From contig NC_083417.1 of assembly GCF_020745735.1 (NCBI RefSeq), positions 60,946,001 through 61,010,000 on the forward strand: DNA of 64,000 nt, read 5' to 3'. Each line of letters begins with the position of its first letter. Position 1 is the first letter of the stretch. The notes beneath the pieces were generated by a model. The model was not told where the DNA came from. It did no database searches and was given only the letters and a program-made list of their open reading frames with translations. Made by a program: the position numbers and the translations under genes. Origin of the DNA: Hemiscyllium ocellatum (Eukaryota). Below are positions 13,029 through 25,995 of the stretch, in pieces.

Positions 13029-14275
13029 GGGCTGAAGTTTGTCTTTTTGGCGAAGTCCAAGTTGTGTCAAGCTCTTTGGAAAGTGTTTCACTTTGAAGCC
13101 TTCTCACCGTATCTTATTAAACTTGCCTCAACTACTTACTCCACCTTTAGGGCATTCCTCACATCTATTTCCAGCCTAATCATACCACAGTATGTTTCCA
13201 GAAGAACTCACCACAGTGTGTATCTGCTGAAAGACCAGTATCTATGTCAAATTTAAAAGGATACTGTGCACACGGACAAACATTGGCTTTCAGAAGCTGG
13301 CCTACTTGGTGATACTGTGCAAAGATATCAGAGGAGGGGAAGATAGAACTGCAATTCTTCATTGTAGACCTGGAAGTCCTGGTGGTCACCCAGGGAAGAG
13401 GCTTCTTCTTCTGGGAGGACTGGCAAAGGAAGCCACACAACTAGAACATAGCAACCTCTTCTGAGATCACCACCTGGGTTAGTGTGGTCTCTATGATGCT
13501 GAAGAACAGCTGTGCCATCAATGACCTTTGCCTTTCCATCAGCATAAATGGCATGCTCTTGATTCTGCTAACTCATACTCAATGCAACCCTTCCCACCCA
13601 AGCTCATGCTCTCACTATTGCACACAACATCATCCCTCACTTGCTTGTCTTTCCCCTAAAACATTCACATCACTCACTCTGCATGGCCTCAGTGATGCCT
13701 ACTCTCTGCCTTGGAACACCTGCATATCCTCCACTATTACCTCAACCATGATTAACAGCCATAGCAATCACTTTTGTGTCACTCAAAGCTCCCTTTCTCT
13801 CAAAACAGAAGAAAATATCCCCCAATGTGGCAAAATGGGTCCAGGCACATGGAGAGTTGCCCAACATCAGATGCTTCACCTCCTTTGAGGGGAGAATCCT
13901 GGTCTTTGCAGGAGAACATCAGAACTGTCCTGCAGAAATGATAAGACATCTGTAAGTAAGTACCATTCCTCATTCAACTGCAACTCTCCCAGTAACCCCA
14001 TTTTCAGCCTCATTTCTTACACACCACTTCTAACCACTGGTTGTGATGCCTTCTCTCACTTGTCTTGCAGGTTTCATGACCTCAGCAGAAAAATAGCCTG
14101 CTCCACCAAAAGCCAACTCATCAACATTCGAAGACCACATGAACAGGCAGGATCAGGAGCAATAGGCTGGTAAATGCGACAAAATGTCCCTCACAGCCCA
14201 GAGGAAATAGGATCACAGTGACACTAGGGGGGGCCCAACTTCCCCAAGCATGTAACCACTTGCATTGATGGCTGT
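13029..14275 (+). mobile_element. TIR element with decayed spliced Myb/SANT gene (Harbinger-like), interrupted by LINEs
   Basis: 5' terminus gggctgaagttt; exon-1-like F...DLEVLV...INDL; acceptor ctttctctcaaaacag followed by KKI..N...PNI..FTSFE; donor gtaagt near 13952. Confidence 0.6.
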
Positions 14276-14289
14276 TATGGAGAGCCAGG

Positions 14290-14545
14290 TCCAGTACTCT
14301 CAGGGTTTTGTTTTCACACAGCATTTAGTTATGGTATGGAATGCGTTGCTGAAGTGTCATGAAGACAGGTTCAACTGAAACATTCAAGAGGGCGCTGCAC
14401 ATTCGTTCTGTACAAATAATTGTTCAAGGACATAAGGGAAAAAATAGGAGATTGCCATAAGATAATGGTGATTATTTGAAGATCCAGTGCAGATGCTGCA
14501 GACAAATGATCTCTTCCTGTGTTGTAACACCTATGTGATTCTGAG
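14290..14545 (+). mobile_element. CR1 LINE 3' end, decayed
   Basis: ttttcacacagc...atggaatgcgttgctg (FTQ...WNAL) and CR1-type tail. Confidence 0.7.
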
Positions 14546-14744
14546 AGGTACACATACCTGCACTCCATTGTCTCAGCTATTGATCCTCAGAAGTGAAGGC
14601 ATGGCCACAGTGGGACAGCAGGGTGTCAATGAATCTATTTTACCACTTACCCTTAGCCAATGAATCAGTACTCCTCTATTTTGAACAACACTTGGAGGAA
14701 GCACTGAGGCTGGCAAGGTTGCACAATGTATGTCCTCAACCAAG

Positions 14745-17066
14745 GACGACCCATCAGCAGCACTATTGATCGAGCTGGTCGGATCCCAAAGGATATAGAT
14801 GCTGGAATGGGAGAAGGAGCCATCAAGACAGAAACATATACTTGACCTTATCCTTCCAATCTGCCAGCTGCAGATGGATCTGTCCATGATAGTATTGGTC
14901 AGAGTGACCAGCACACAGTCCTTGTGGAGATGAAGTCCCATCTTCACATTGAGAATGCCCTCCATAATGTTGTATGACACTGTCACTCTGCTAAATGGGA
15001 CAGACTTCTGAATAAATCTAGCAAACTCAAGAGTGGCATCCATGAGGCACTGTGGGCAATTGGTAGTAGCAGAATTGTATTCTGAATTGTACGCCTACAT
15101 AATCTGCAACCTCATGGCTGGACATATCTGTCACTCAACCTCTACCTTCAAGATAGGAGGTCATTCCAGTTTCAATGGTGACATGCCAGGAGCTGCACCA
15201 GGCATACCTAAAAATAGGATCTTAATCTGGTGAAACTATCAAACAGGACTAGTTGTGTGTGAAACAGCATAAGCAGGAAGTAATAGACAGAGTGAAGCAC
15301 AACCAATGGATTAGATCTAAGCTCAGCAGTCCCATCAATCTAGTCATGAATGATGGTGGACAATGAAACAACTCAATCTCAAAAATGGAAGAGCTCAGTA
15401 CATCAGTGCAAAAAGTAAGGCTGAAGCATTCACAGCAATCTTCAGCCAGAAATACCAAGTGCATGATCCATCTTGCCTTCCTCCAGTGGTCCCCAGAGTT
15501 ACAGTTAGCCAATTCAATTCACTCCATGTGATATCAAAACATGGTTGGAGACACTGGATACTGCAAAGGCTATGAGCCCTGACAGCATTCTGAAGACTTG
15601 TGCTCCAGAATTTGCTGCTCCCCTTGTCAAGCTGTTCCAGTACAGTTACAACACTGGCATCTACCCAACAATGTGGAAAATTCCCAGGTATGTCCTATAC
15701 ACTAAAAGCAAGACAAATCTAACCTGGGCAATTATCCCCCCTTTGGTCTACTATCAATCATTAGTAAAATGATGGAAGGGGTATCAACAGTGCCATCAAG
15801 CAGCACCAGCTCAACAATAACCTGCTGAGTAACACCCAGTTTGGGTTCTGCCAGGGCCACTCAGCTCTGATTTCATTATAACCTTCGTTCAAAAATGAAC
15901 AAAACAGCTAAATTCCAGAGGTGAGTTTAGAGTAACAACACTTGACATCAAGGCCAGATTTGGCCAATTGTGGCATCAAGGAGTCCTAACAGCACTGGAA
16001 TTAATAGGTATCAGGGACAACCCCTCACCCCTGGTGGTTGGAGTCATACTTGATACATAGGAAGATGGTCATGGTTGTTGGAGGTCAGTCATCTCAGCTC
16101 CAAGACATCTCTACTGGAGTTCCTCAGGACAGTGTCCTGGGTCCAACCATCTTCAGCTGTTTCAACATTAACCTTCGCTCCATCATTAGGTCAGAAGTGG
16201 GGATGTTTGCCGATGATTGCATCATTCACAACTCCTCAGATACTAAAGCAATCCAAGTTCAAATGCAACAAGATCTAGACAATATCCAGGCTTGAGCTAA
16301 CCAGTAGCGATTAACTCTCGCACCACACAAATGTCAAGCTATGACCATCACCAATAACAGACAATCTAACCACTGTCCCTTGATATTCATTGGAGTTACC
16401 ATCACTGAATCCCCCACTATCAAAATCCTAGGAGTTACCATTGACCAGAAACTCAACTGGACTCACCATATAAACACAGTGGCTACAAGAGCAGATCAGA
16501 GGCGAGGAATACTGTAGCGAGTAATTCACCTCAAGACTCCCCAAGACCAGTCTACCATCTACAATACACAAGTCAGGTGTCTGATGATATATTGTACTTC
16601 CCACTTGCCTGAATGAGTGCAGCTCCAAAGATATTCAAGAAGCTCAACACCATCTTGAACAAAGCAGCTCGCTTGTTTGGCATTACATTCACAAGCATCC
16701 ACTCCCTCCACCACTGAAACTCAATAACAGCAGAGTATGCTGTGTATAAAGATCCTCAGACAGCACCTTCCTAAACCATAACCACTTCCATCAAGAAGGA
16801 CAAGGGCAGCAGATATATGGGAGCACCCCCAACTTTCAAGTTCCCCTCCAAGCCACTCACCATCCTGACTTCGAAATATATCACCATTCCTTCACTGTTG
16901 CTGGGTTGAAATCCTGGAATTCACTCCCTAATGGCATTGTGAGTCAACCCACAGCAAGTGAACTGCAATGGTTCATGGACGAAGCTCACCACCACCTTCT
17001 CCAGGGCAACTAGAATGGGCACTGGCCAGCCAGCAGCACCCATATACCATAAATGAGTAAAACAAA
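14745..17066 (+). mobile_element. CR1/Jockey-group LINE, near-complete decayed ORF2 (APE endonuclease + RT + 3' UTR)
   Basis: LDLIL.N...SD endonuclease end; LKTCAPEFAAPLVKLFQYSYNTGIYPTMWK; GVPQDSVLGPTIFSCF; MFADDC; tail gctcaccaccaccttctc...aaatgagtaaaa. Confidence 0.9.
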
Positions 17067-17254
17067 TGTAGATCTACCAGCACCATGCATCCATGAACAC
17101 TCAGCCTACAAATGATGGAGTCTTTTGAGCGTGGCCCATCTGAAGGACTTAGTGACACTAAAGTGAGACACACAGTAAGGTTCCACGCACAGTGGTTGGC
17201 ATTAGTGCAGCAACCATGGCATTGATTTTGGTTCCAACATTCACTGCCTTGTAA

Positions 17255-17565
17255 AGTTTTTTTTATTCATTCATAGATTGAGGCATTTATTGCCCATCTC
17301 TATAAGTCCAGACCGCAGTTCAGAGTCAACCACATTGCTGTGAGTCTGGAATCACATGTAGGCCAGGCCAGATAAAGGTGGCAGTTATCTTCCCTAATGA
17401 ATGAACCGGATGGGTTTTTCCCAACAACCAATAATGGTATAATTAGATTGTTAATTCTAGATTTTAAAAATTGAATTCAAGTTTGAACTTGGATCCCTAG
17501 ATCATTACCTGAGTGTCTGCATTAACAGTCCAGTGATAATACCACTAGGCCGTTGCCTCCCCCGA
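17255..17565 (-). mobile_element. tRNA-derived SINE sharing its 3' tail with the 14.7-17.1 kb LINE family
   Basis: Minus strand gggaggcaacggcctagtggtattatcactggac head; tail gatgggcaataaatg...atgaatgaataaaaaaa. Confidence 0.75.
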
Positions 17566-17901
17566 TAAGAAATTACAGAACCACTGGTAAATACCAAATA
17601 AATTAGTATTGTGGTGTATAAATTTCAGTCGGCAAATGACTGGTATATTGTAACAGCATGTTCCCTCTGCTGTCCAGAAAAAGCAGAGTGCTGACCATAC
17701 TCAACCAGCTCATACTTGCAAAGCATAGGAGGGATTCTACAATTGGACATCACTCACTAAATAATCATGACTGTGCTGTAAATTAGATGAATTATTAATT
17801 TTAAGATTAATAGTCGCACTAGCAATGTAGTTTATTAAAGTGCTGTAGCCATTATATATATTTGTATTTTACAAATACTTGTATTTTACACACATATGTA
17901 A

Positions 17902-18196
17902 GAGTGGCACTGTGATTCAATGGTTAGCACTGTTGCCTCACAGGGATTTGGGTTCAATTCCAGCCTCGGGTGCCTGTCAAGGTGGAGTTTGCATTTTCTG
18001 TCCATGTCTGCATGGGTTACCTCTGGGTGCTCCGATTTCCTCCCACAGTCCAAGGATGTGCAGGTTAGGTGGAGTAGCCATGCTAAGTGGGTATTTACGG
18101 GGATAGGGTAAAGAGGTCTGCAATGGATGCTCTTCAGAAGGTCAGTCAAGACTTGATGGGCAGAATGGCCTCTTCCTGCACTGTCGGGATTCTGTA
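17902..18196 (+). mobile_element. HE1-like V-SINE
   Basis: tggttagcactgttgcctcacag head, ggttcaattcc B-box, V-domain. Confidence 0.85.
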
Positions 18197-18805
18197 GATG
18201 TACAGTATATATACAGGGCCTTATTCGTGCTATTTTCAACCAAACAAATATTTGGTGGATAATTATTCTTTGATGTGTTCTCTCTGGCAATGACATGATT
18301 AATCAGCAACAACTTGCCTGTTTTGAATCAAAACAAAAGCCTGGTGGTTAGCTGATCCATAGTGTGTCCTCCATACTTTGTCTCTACCAATCAAAGTCCA
18401 TTCGCCAACGAATTGGCCCTCTTTTTATGTGGTATGAATTATTGTCCTTTTGAGATTTGGCATTTCTGTGCCTCTGCCTTGATGAATGCAAGATGAAGCA
18501 CTTTGACAAAATTTCTCTTTATCAACAATATTTATTTACTGAGACAATTTCTTAATTGATTCTCTACCATTTACTTTGTTTCTTTCTTGTTTTTCAATAA
18601 ATTGGAAGTGGCTCCAGGTCAGCCAACACACCTGTATTTTGATCTGTCAGTGACACTGGGCCACCCTTTTTTAGGAGAAAAGAAGAGGTTCAATGTGTGA
18701 GATGTTGCCCTGTGTCAAATATAGATTCCAATCATTTGTCCTATTCTTCACTCACCCACCTAACTAGCAATGCTCGAACAGACTGGATGCAGAAGGATGC
18801 ATAAA

Positions 18806-19045
18806 TCACAGAATCCCTACAGTGCAGAAAGAGGCCTTTTGGCCCATCGAGTCTTGACTGACTGTCTGAAGAGCATCCCACCCCAATCCCCTATCCTATC
18901 CCTGTAACCCCACATTTACCATGCATAATTCAACTAGCCTCCTGATTCCTGGACACTACAGATAATTTAGCGTGGCCAATTTACCTAATCTGCACATCCT
19001 TGGACTGTGGTAGGAAACCAGAGCACCCAGAGGAAACCCATGTCG
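18806..19045 (-). mobile_element. HE1-like V-SINE, 3' part
   Basis: tgcacatccttggactgtggtaggaaaccagagcacccagaggaaaccca is the reverse V-domain. Confidence 0.85.
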
Positions 19046-19950
19046 ATGTGCAAGTCAAAAAACAATGAGCTGTACCATCTACTGCAAGTACCATCTTAAC
19101 TAACAGGCTTTAATCAGATGCACCACCCATTTATTGGGTAATCAGCTCTACCTAATGTCCTGTTTTTATTTACTGCTTTCCAGGTATGCTGCAGTGTTGC
19201 TCTGTGGGAGAAAGTGACCAGAGTAGCAAAAGGCTACCTTCCTTGCTACTATCTTTCATTTTGAATCACTTTCACTTTATCAGCCATTAAACACAAGTTA
19301 AAGTTTATTATCCTGTCACCATCACTTGGTTGCATACATAGTTTTCTGTTCCCATATCTCTTAATTAAATCAGTGGGTTTTGTCAGTGCTTTTTGTTAAC
19401 AAGTTTTGTAAAGGTTGAAGTTCCATTTGAATTACTACCAACAGTTTTCAGCTAACTCTTTCAAAGTTAAGCATCTAAATAGTTCCTTAATTTCTGATGT
19501 CTCGCTCTGTGAGCACCTAATTTGGACCAAGTTCTCACCCAAATTTTGTAAGTGAAGTAGAATCCACAAAAACAAATGCACAACAATGATTCAGTTGGTA
19601 CTATTAATGCAGTTTTTGGCATTGTTTTTTTGGAGGCCCAGTTGGCAAAGGTACTCCTTGCTGGCTTGATTTAAAAACTGTAATGTGAAGTCTTGTTTTA
19701 CCTACTATGCATTACAGTTTTTTAAAGTGGACTGCAGCAGTTCAAGAAGGCAACTCACCATCACTTTCTCAGGGGGATCTAGGGATGGACAATAAATGCT
19801 GGCCCATCAGGTGTTGCATGAATGAATAAAAAAAGTATCTTAATGAAACAAAGTAATAGTTTCAAATGTTAGAAAATCTCAAATTTAAAAAAATTCTCGA
19901 CATTGTGCACAATCCCTAATCAATGAATATTTGAAAGCTTAAGTAGAAGG

Positions 19951-20791
19951 CAGATCATGAGGGCAGTGTGCTGAGATACTGAGACAGAGGGCCTGACAGA
20001 GGGAGGACTCAGGGAAAAGTGTTGTTAAGGCATGGTGCATTCTACACTCAAGAAGGAAAGTAAACTAAATGCTGAGGTAGTGTGATAGGATGCAATATAA
20101 ACTCTGAATTGAATTCCCACTGACGTTGGTCGCAATAAGCTCACTAATCCTGTAATGTAATTACATATTTATCTGCTCAGCGTGAATGTATTTATACATG
20201 GGTGTCACTCAGTTCTTAGACTGACGTAAAAACACTTTCTTAACTGGTCAACTGGTCAAAGAGATTTCTCATTGGAATTTGTGCGCAAGGTTCCTTGTTA
20301 TATGCCACCCCAGGGAATCATTGCTGAGAGACCGAAGACTTAATTTATAAAGGAATTCTTTCTCAATGGATTAACTATAAATAATTTCACAGAACCACTT
20401 TGTTTTTGTCCACAGCCTGGCTTGATATTAGCAGCAAATGTTGGCATCGGAAATGCAGAAACTGTGATGACTAAAAACAGAGAAAGGTACCAACTACATA
20501 ATAGCATCTTTAATACATTCCACTGTACTGGGGTATTTGAAAGTACAGGAATAGACCATGTGCACATTCTACTTGGAAATCAAAAGTGTAAAGGTAGACC
20601 AAGTGCAGAATATTGTTTTATTGATATAATTTAGATGCTGAGAGCATGTATAGTGTTTTGATTTAGCTTATTGTACCAAATTCCAAAGAGTACAAAGACA
20701 GATCATGAGCGCAGTGTGCTGAGATACTGAAACAAAGGGCCTGACAGAGGGAGGAAGCAGGGAAAAGTATTGGTGGGGCGTAGTGCAATCT
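19951..20791 (+). repeat. 93-bp direct repeat pair (19951-20043 and 20699-20791)
   Basis: cagatcatgag.gcagtgtgctgagatactga.aca.agggcctgacagagggagga..cagggaaaagt present twice. Confidence 0.9.
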
Positions 20792-22123
20792 GAAATTCCA
20801 GGAAAACTGGATCACGCGAAAAATAACAGCACAATCTCATCATTTTTTTACTCCATTTCTCACCCAGCTGGCTACATTAGCTAATGCTCTTGGGGAAAGC
20901 CATCCAAGACACAGCTTTCCACTGTTTGATTTTCCATCCAAAGGAAGGGTCAACTGGGAGAGGTCCTGGGACTGAAGGGGACAGGCGGGAGGAAAGTGAT
21001 TGATTTACAAGTGACTACTGGGAAAAATTGGTGCAGTGACAATAGGGGATGGAGTACAGTTTCTACATTTCCAATGCAAATATTTGTAGCTAATTTCAAG
21101 CTAGGAGAGAAGGGGAGATCAATGCAATGACAGTTGCCAATAGGGTAGGTAGATAATAAGAGAGGAGAGACAGGTTTGGGATTATAGGTTAATGGAGAGG
21201 TGAGGAAACTGGTATATTGCAGAACTCAGTCAGTCAATTGTAAGGAAGATTTAATTGAGGGACTCCTCCTCTCAAAAGCACGTTCCTAGTTGATTTAGTT
21301 TCTGCCAGGATTCCCTATCCTTGGAAAACTGACCCAGGTGGCATTCTATTTAAAATTATGATCTTAGCTACACTGTGAGAAGCTGATTTAAATATTATAA
21401 CAAGGTGTAACACTTCTCAAAAGCAGGACGTAGACATGCCACAGAACCCATCACTTTAAAGATGACAAATAGGTTGAAATCAGTTCATGCAATTGTTAAT
21501 TTTTCCTATTTCCTCCCTGCTCTGGTTCAGATACAAATGTCACTGATAAAGGACACATTCACATCTGCCTGAAATTCGCAGAAGAAACAGGTTAGAGCTG
21601 GCGATTTGACTTTCAGACAATTAAAACATTGCTATTTAAATTTTGTCACAATAGAATTCCAGGGCTGTTCTATTTGTGTACAACCATTTGCAGGTATACC
21701 ATTTATGCATATTATGGATATTCATTTATTGCAGGCAATGGTATTGCTAATGGCACATGGAGTGTGCCAGCTATGAAATGTAAATGTTTTGTCATATTAA
21801 CACTTGCAAATCATCATCAGCCCTTTTAATGTTTTTAATTTGATTATCTTTCTAACAACAACTCACAAGTCTTGAATTATTCCAAAATGTTATAATGGCA
21901 AATCAAGTTCACAGGGAACTCAAGAACAAGAGGGTAAATATTGAACAACTTCCTCTGATGGGGGACTCCTGAAGCAGGTGTCCTAATCTTAAATAAAGGC
22001 AAACTACCATGAGTGCTGGAAATCTGAATCAAACACACCTCCTGGCAGCATCTGCAGAGTGAGAAACACATTTAACATTTCAAGACACTCAGACACTCAG
22101 CAAGTTGGGAGTTGGATTCTGGG

Positions 22124-22275
22124 CTGAAAATGTGTTGCTGGAAAACATTCCTGAAGAAGGGCTTATGCCCGAGACGTCGAATCTCCTGTTCCTTGGATGC
22201 TGCCTGACCTGCTGCGCTTTTCCAGCAACACATTTTCAGCTCTGATCTCCAGCATCTGCAGACCTCACTTTCTCC
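22124..22275 (+). mobile_element. Mini-PLE insertion with short inverted arm; hammerhead at 22147-22182 (GAAA changed to GAGA)
   Basis: 14-bp TSD agttggattctggg (22110-22123 / 22276-22289); empty site present in the paralog at 23146-23267. Confidence 0.92.
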
Positions 22276-22399
22276 AGTTGGATTCTGGGACCAATATATC
22301 CACTGCTGCCTAGGTTTGTGAGGTCCAACTAAGCACAAATTCACATGTCTGCCAAATCCATTATCAAGCACAACATAAGAACTGAACTGTCCTGTATTA

Positions 22400-22810
22400 T
22401 ACAAAAACAGAAATTACTGGAGGAACTTAGCAGGGCTGGCAGCATCGCTGGAGATAAAGCAGACTTAATGTTTCGTGTCTAGTAACCCATCTTTAGAACT
22501 GATAGTAGCTAGGAAAAGGTGGTATATGTGCTGAGGACAAGGGGGTGGGGGTGAAAAGGAATGAGTGGATAGGTAGAGATGAGCCCAGAGAGAGAGAAAA
22601 CAGCAGGCAGACAAAGGGATGGCTGGATAGTATGCCAAGAAGAAGGAGAAGCTGATTTTGGGAGCCATAAGTTGGTGAAAATGGGTTGACTGTGCTGAAA
22701 GCAGCCCATGTCATAACAGGTCCTGGGGTGTGAGGATAGGTAAAGGACATGGAAAAAGGTGTTCAGCTTCTAAAATTATTGAACTCAATACTGAGTACTG
22801 AAGGTAGGAT
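22400..22810 (-). mobile_element. PLE 3' region/pLTR of another subfamily
   Basis: Minus-strand ctcagtattgagttcaat resembles the GLNIEF end of the PLE ORF; pyrimidine-rich UTR; degenerate hammerhead-like ttctaaagatgggttactagacacgaaacatt. Confidence 0.6.
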
Positions 22811-23145
22811 GGGTCTGAGCCAGATGCAGTCACTGAGGAATGTGATGTGGCTGTGGAAGCAAGTTTTAAAAAGTGCCTTGTTAAATACTAGAAATGACAA
22901 CAAAAGTAATGATGGTGAACAAGAAGAAAAATTATCATGGAAATCCTGTCAAAGAGAACAACAGAACTTCAAGGTGTGTAAATCTGGAAGTGATGTGGAA
23001 GTGAATTACATAATAAAATAAAACAAAGAACTGCAGATGCTGGAAGTCTGAAACAGCAACGGTTCTACATTGTGAATGGCTGTAGATGGATGCTAGATTT
23101 CAGCAACACTTCAGAAGTATTCATTCCATGACTACAAAATTTGCA

Positions 23146-23267
23146 GACACTCAACAAGTTGGGAGTTGGATTCTGGGACTAAGATATCCACTGCTGCCTA
23201 GGTTTGTGAGGTCCAACTAAGCACAAATTCACATATCTGCTAAATCCATTATCAAGCACAACATAAG
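23146..23267 (+). repeat. About 120-bp direct duplication of 22091-22379 lacking the mini-PLE
   Basis: agacactca.caagttgggagttggattctgggac.aa.atatccactgctgcctaggtttgtgaggtccaactaagcac...cacaacataag in both. Confidence 0.92.
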
Positions 23268-23959
23268 CATGTTGAATCAATGCTGTTGAATCTTTGACTG
23301 GTAAAGGTGTGTCCTTCTCTATGGATCAACCAGAGTTTCCCACCTCATCATGATCTACTACATTCTCCACAATCTGGCAAAGTGACATGTACATGGGACA
23401 AGTACAACAAGAAAGGCAACAAGTAAAATGTGAGCATTTTGGCAGCTGCAATAGCCATTTGTCAGGCTTTTATAGTCCTTTGCCTTGTTCCTATTTCATT
23501 CCCATCAACATTACTTTAAGCTTCATATATTATTGCATTTAAATCTCTTTATTATCTCGTCCCCTCTTATTTACAATGGAATCAAATGGAGAAATATGGC
23601 TGCTCTGAAAATTCATCTCAATGATCCAACAGTTCCATGATGATAATCTGGCAGAAGTAGTGTATCAGCAGCTCTAGGAAAGCCTGAGGTATCAGTCCAT
23701 GGCCAGAACCTATCAGAAGTGGAACAAAAGGAAGTAAGTCTGCCTACCTAAGTGAAAGTCTACAAGTAATGATCCTTCCCTCTCTGCTATGAGAAGATAT
23801 GAGAAGCTGACCTGTTCACCAGCATCATGCCAAGAAGCTCAATCACTTTCATCTCAGAAGCTTCTGAAGATCAGATGGCAGGTCAAAGTACCAGACACTG
23901 AGGTGCTCACCGGATCTGGCATGGTAATCATTCACACCATTCTGAAATACAGTAGTAGT

Positions 23960-24370
23960 CACAACTGAGTTAACCATTGACTGGAAACTGAACTGCCTCA
24001 CCAGTGTAAATACTAAGACTACAAGAGAAAATCAAAGGCTTGAAATTTTGCAGCAACCTCTCTGCCCTTTACAAGGCACAAATACGGTGTGATGGAATAT
24101 TCTTCACGTGCTTGGATGAATGCAACTCCAGACACATTCAAGAACATCATCCAGGTCAGAGAGTCACAGAGTCAGCAGCCTATTTGATAAGCACCTCATC
24201 TAATGCATTTAAGATTCTCCCCTCCACCACTGATGGGGTCAGTAGCAGCAGTGTGTGCCATTTATAGGATGCACTGCAACAACTGATTTTGTCTCCTATA
24301 ACAGCACCCTCCAAACTCGCAACCTCTATCATGTAGTCCGACAAGAGCAGCAGAAACATGGGAACACCCT
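23960..24370 (+). mobile_element. 3' fragment of the 14.7-17.1 kb LINE family
   Basis: accattgac..gaaactgaactg, tacaaggcacaa, cagcaccctccaaac blocks homologous to 16435-16830. Confidence 0.75.
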
Positions 24371-24529
24371 AATTAGACCATAGAACATTGGAGTGGAATC
24401 AAGCCATTCAGCCCATTGAGTCTGCTCCAGTATTCAATCATATCTATTTGACCTGGATGATGTTGGGTTTCTTGAAAGTGTCTGGAGCTGCATTCATCCA
24501 AGCAACTTCATATTCACATCCTCCTGTCC

Positions 24530-24780
24530 CTGACCACTGACTGAATTTGAAGGAGTTAACCTAAGGGGTGTGACTATCTCCTGAAACATAGTGTCCAGGT
24601 AACTCTTCCCAGTCCCTGATATGTCACAATGTTCAAAGCTCAGACTCCAGCTCACCAACTCTAAGCCGGAGTACCTCAAGCAATGAATACTTGCTACAGA
24701 TATGGTCACAATGAACTACAATGGGGTGTACCAACTCCTACATCATGCAGTTACAACGTGTTGTCTGACCTGGCATACTT
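24530..24780 (-). mobile_element. CR1 ORF1 N-terminal fragment
   Basis: Minus strand C.C...E......DHICSK...L..L.L.V.ELES.L pattern typical of the CR1 ORF1 zinc-finger/coiled-coil start. Confidence 0.6.
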
Positions 24781-24840
24781 AGTTCTTAATTTGATTTTGA
24801 AAAGTTTCATATTGGTCTTTTAGTTTGTAGCCTGTAAATA

Positions 24841-24889
24841 TTTCTAGGCGAAAGTGAGGACTACAGATGCTGGAGCTGCAGATGCTCTT
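24841..24889 (-). mobile_element. Micro-insertion of the mini-PLE 3' tail only
   Basis: gaaagtgaggactacagatgctggag flanked by direct repeat gcctgtaaata (24830-24840 / 24890-24900). Confidence 0.7.
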
Positions 24890-25504
24890 GCCTGTAAATA
24901 GTTTGCCGAATCATCTTCAATCTGGCAGTAACCTATAATAGATAATAAAATTAGTAGCTATTACCAACCAATGAACTGATTTACCTTTGAGGCCATTGTT
25001 TTATGGTTTGAACTGATCCTGGGCTTTGATTTATCCAGTTCTATTCCTACAATGCCTTCACATTCCCTGAATCGTATACTCACTCAGCTGTGCTCACTCT
25101 GAATGTGGTCTCTCCTTCCTGATTGTGCAGAGCTTATTGATTTCCTAGGCTGCTCTCCAAGACACAGACCATCCCAACTTGGAAATATAGCATTGACCCT
25201 TCAGTGGCGCTAGGTCAAAATCCTGGAACCCCCTCCCGAACGACAATGTGGGTGGTACCGACACCACATAAATTACTGCAATTCAGAAGGGCAGTCCATA
25301 CAGCTGCTGAGAAGTTCTGCACACAGTAATCAGAGCATTAATGCATTACTTTTATTTCCTTGAACTGCTGCCACCCATGAATCTTGGAGGTCTGCACAGC
25401 AGGAGGAAAGATTAAAGGGAATATTGCTCACCACTACCTTCTCAAGAACAGTTAAGGATGGGAACTAAATGCTGGCCACAACTCAGTAATGAATAAAAGA
25501 AAAT

Positions 25505-25995
25505 GTGGCATCATGCTAGACATATTGGAAATGGCAATCCATTGAATATTGGGCCTGGTGGTATGGTAAGTGTGGAGAAGGTCATCTTTTTAATGTTCTG
25601 GGAAGATGGAGAGGACACTGTAGAGGACCCTATCAACCACAACGTGAGAGAAAAGGTAGAAATATCAGAAGTACTAATATGGAAGGTTTCAACATTGGAA
25701 CAGATGTGACAGAGTTTAAGAAACTGGATGAACAGGGTAGGGGATTTAGATGGGGTATGAGGAAGTTATTCTGAGGAAGTTACTGCAACGTAGCTGTGGG
25801 AGTCAGTGGGCTTTTATAGAATAAAAAGTCTGAGGGACAAGAGTAGGACTGGAATAAAGAACATTCCACACACCCACAAAATGATAGGCAAAGCTAAGAC
25901 CATGTGGGTACCCAGAGCAACAGCTTTCATTGAGCAGAAGTGAGTGTTGTGGAAGGAATTGTTGTTCAATATGAGAATAACGTCAACCTGGTTAT
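25505..25995 (-). mobile_element. Old PLE RT/endonuclease fragment
   Basis: ORF 25814-25999(-) ILILNNNSFHNTHF.SMKAVALGTHM parallels LVLTLNNFSF...HFLQMKGVAMGT of the 47.7-48.2 kb copy. Confidence 0.7.
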
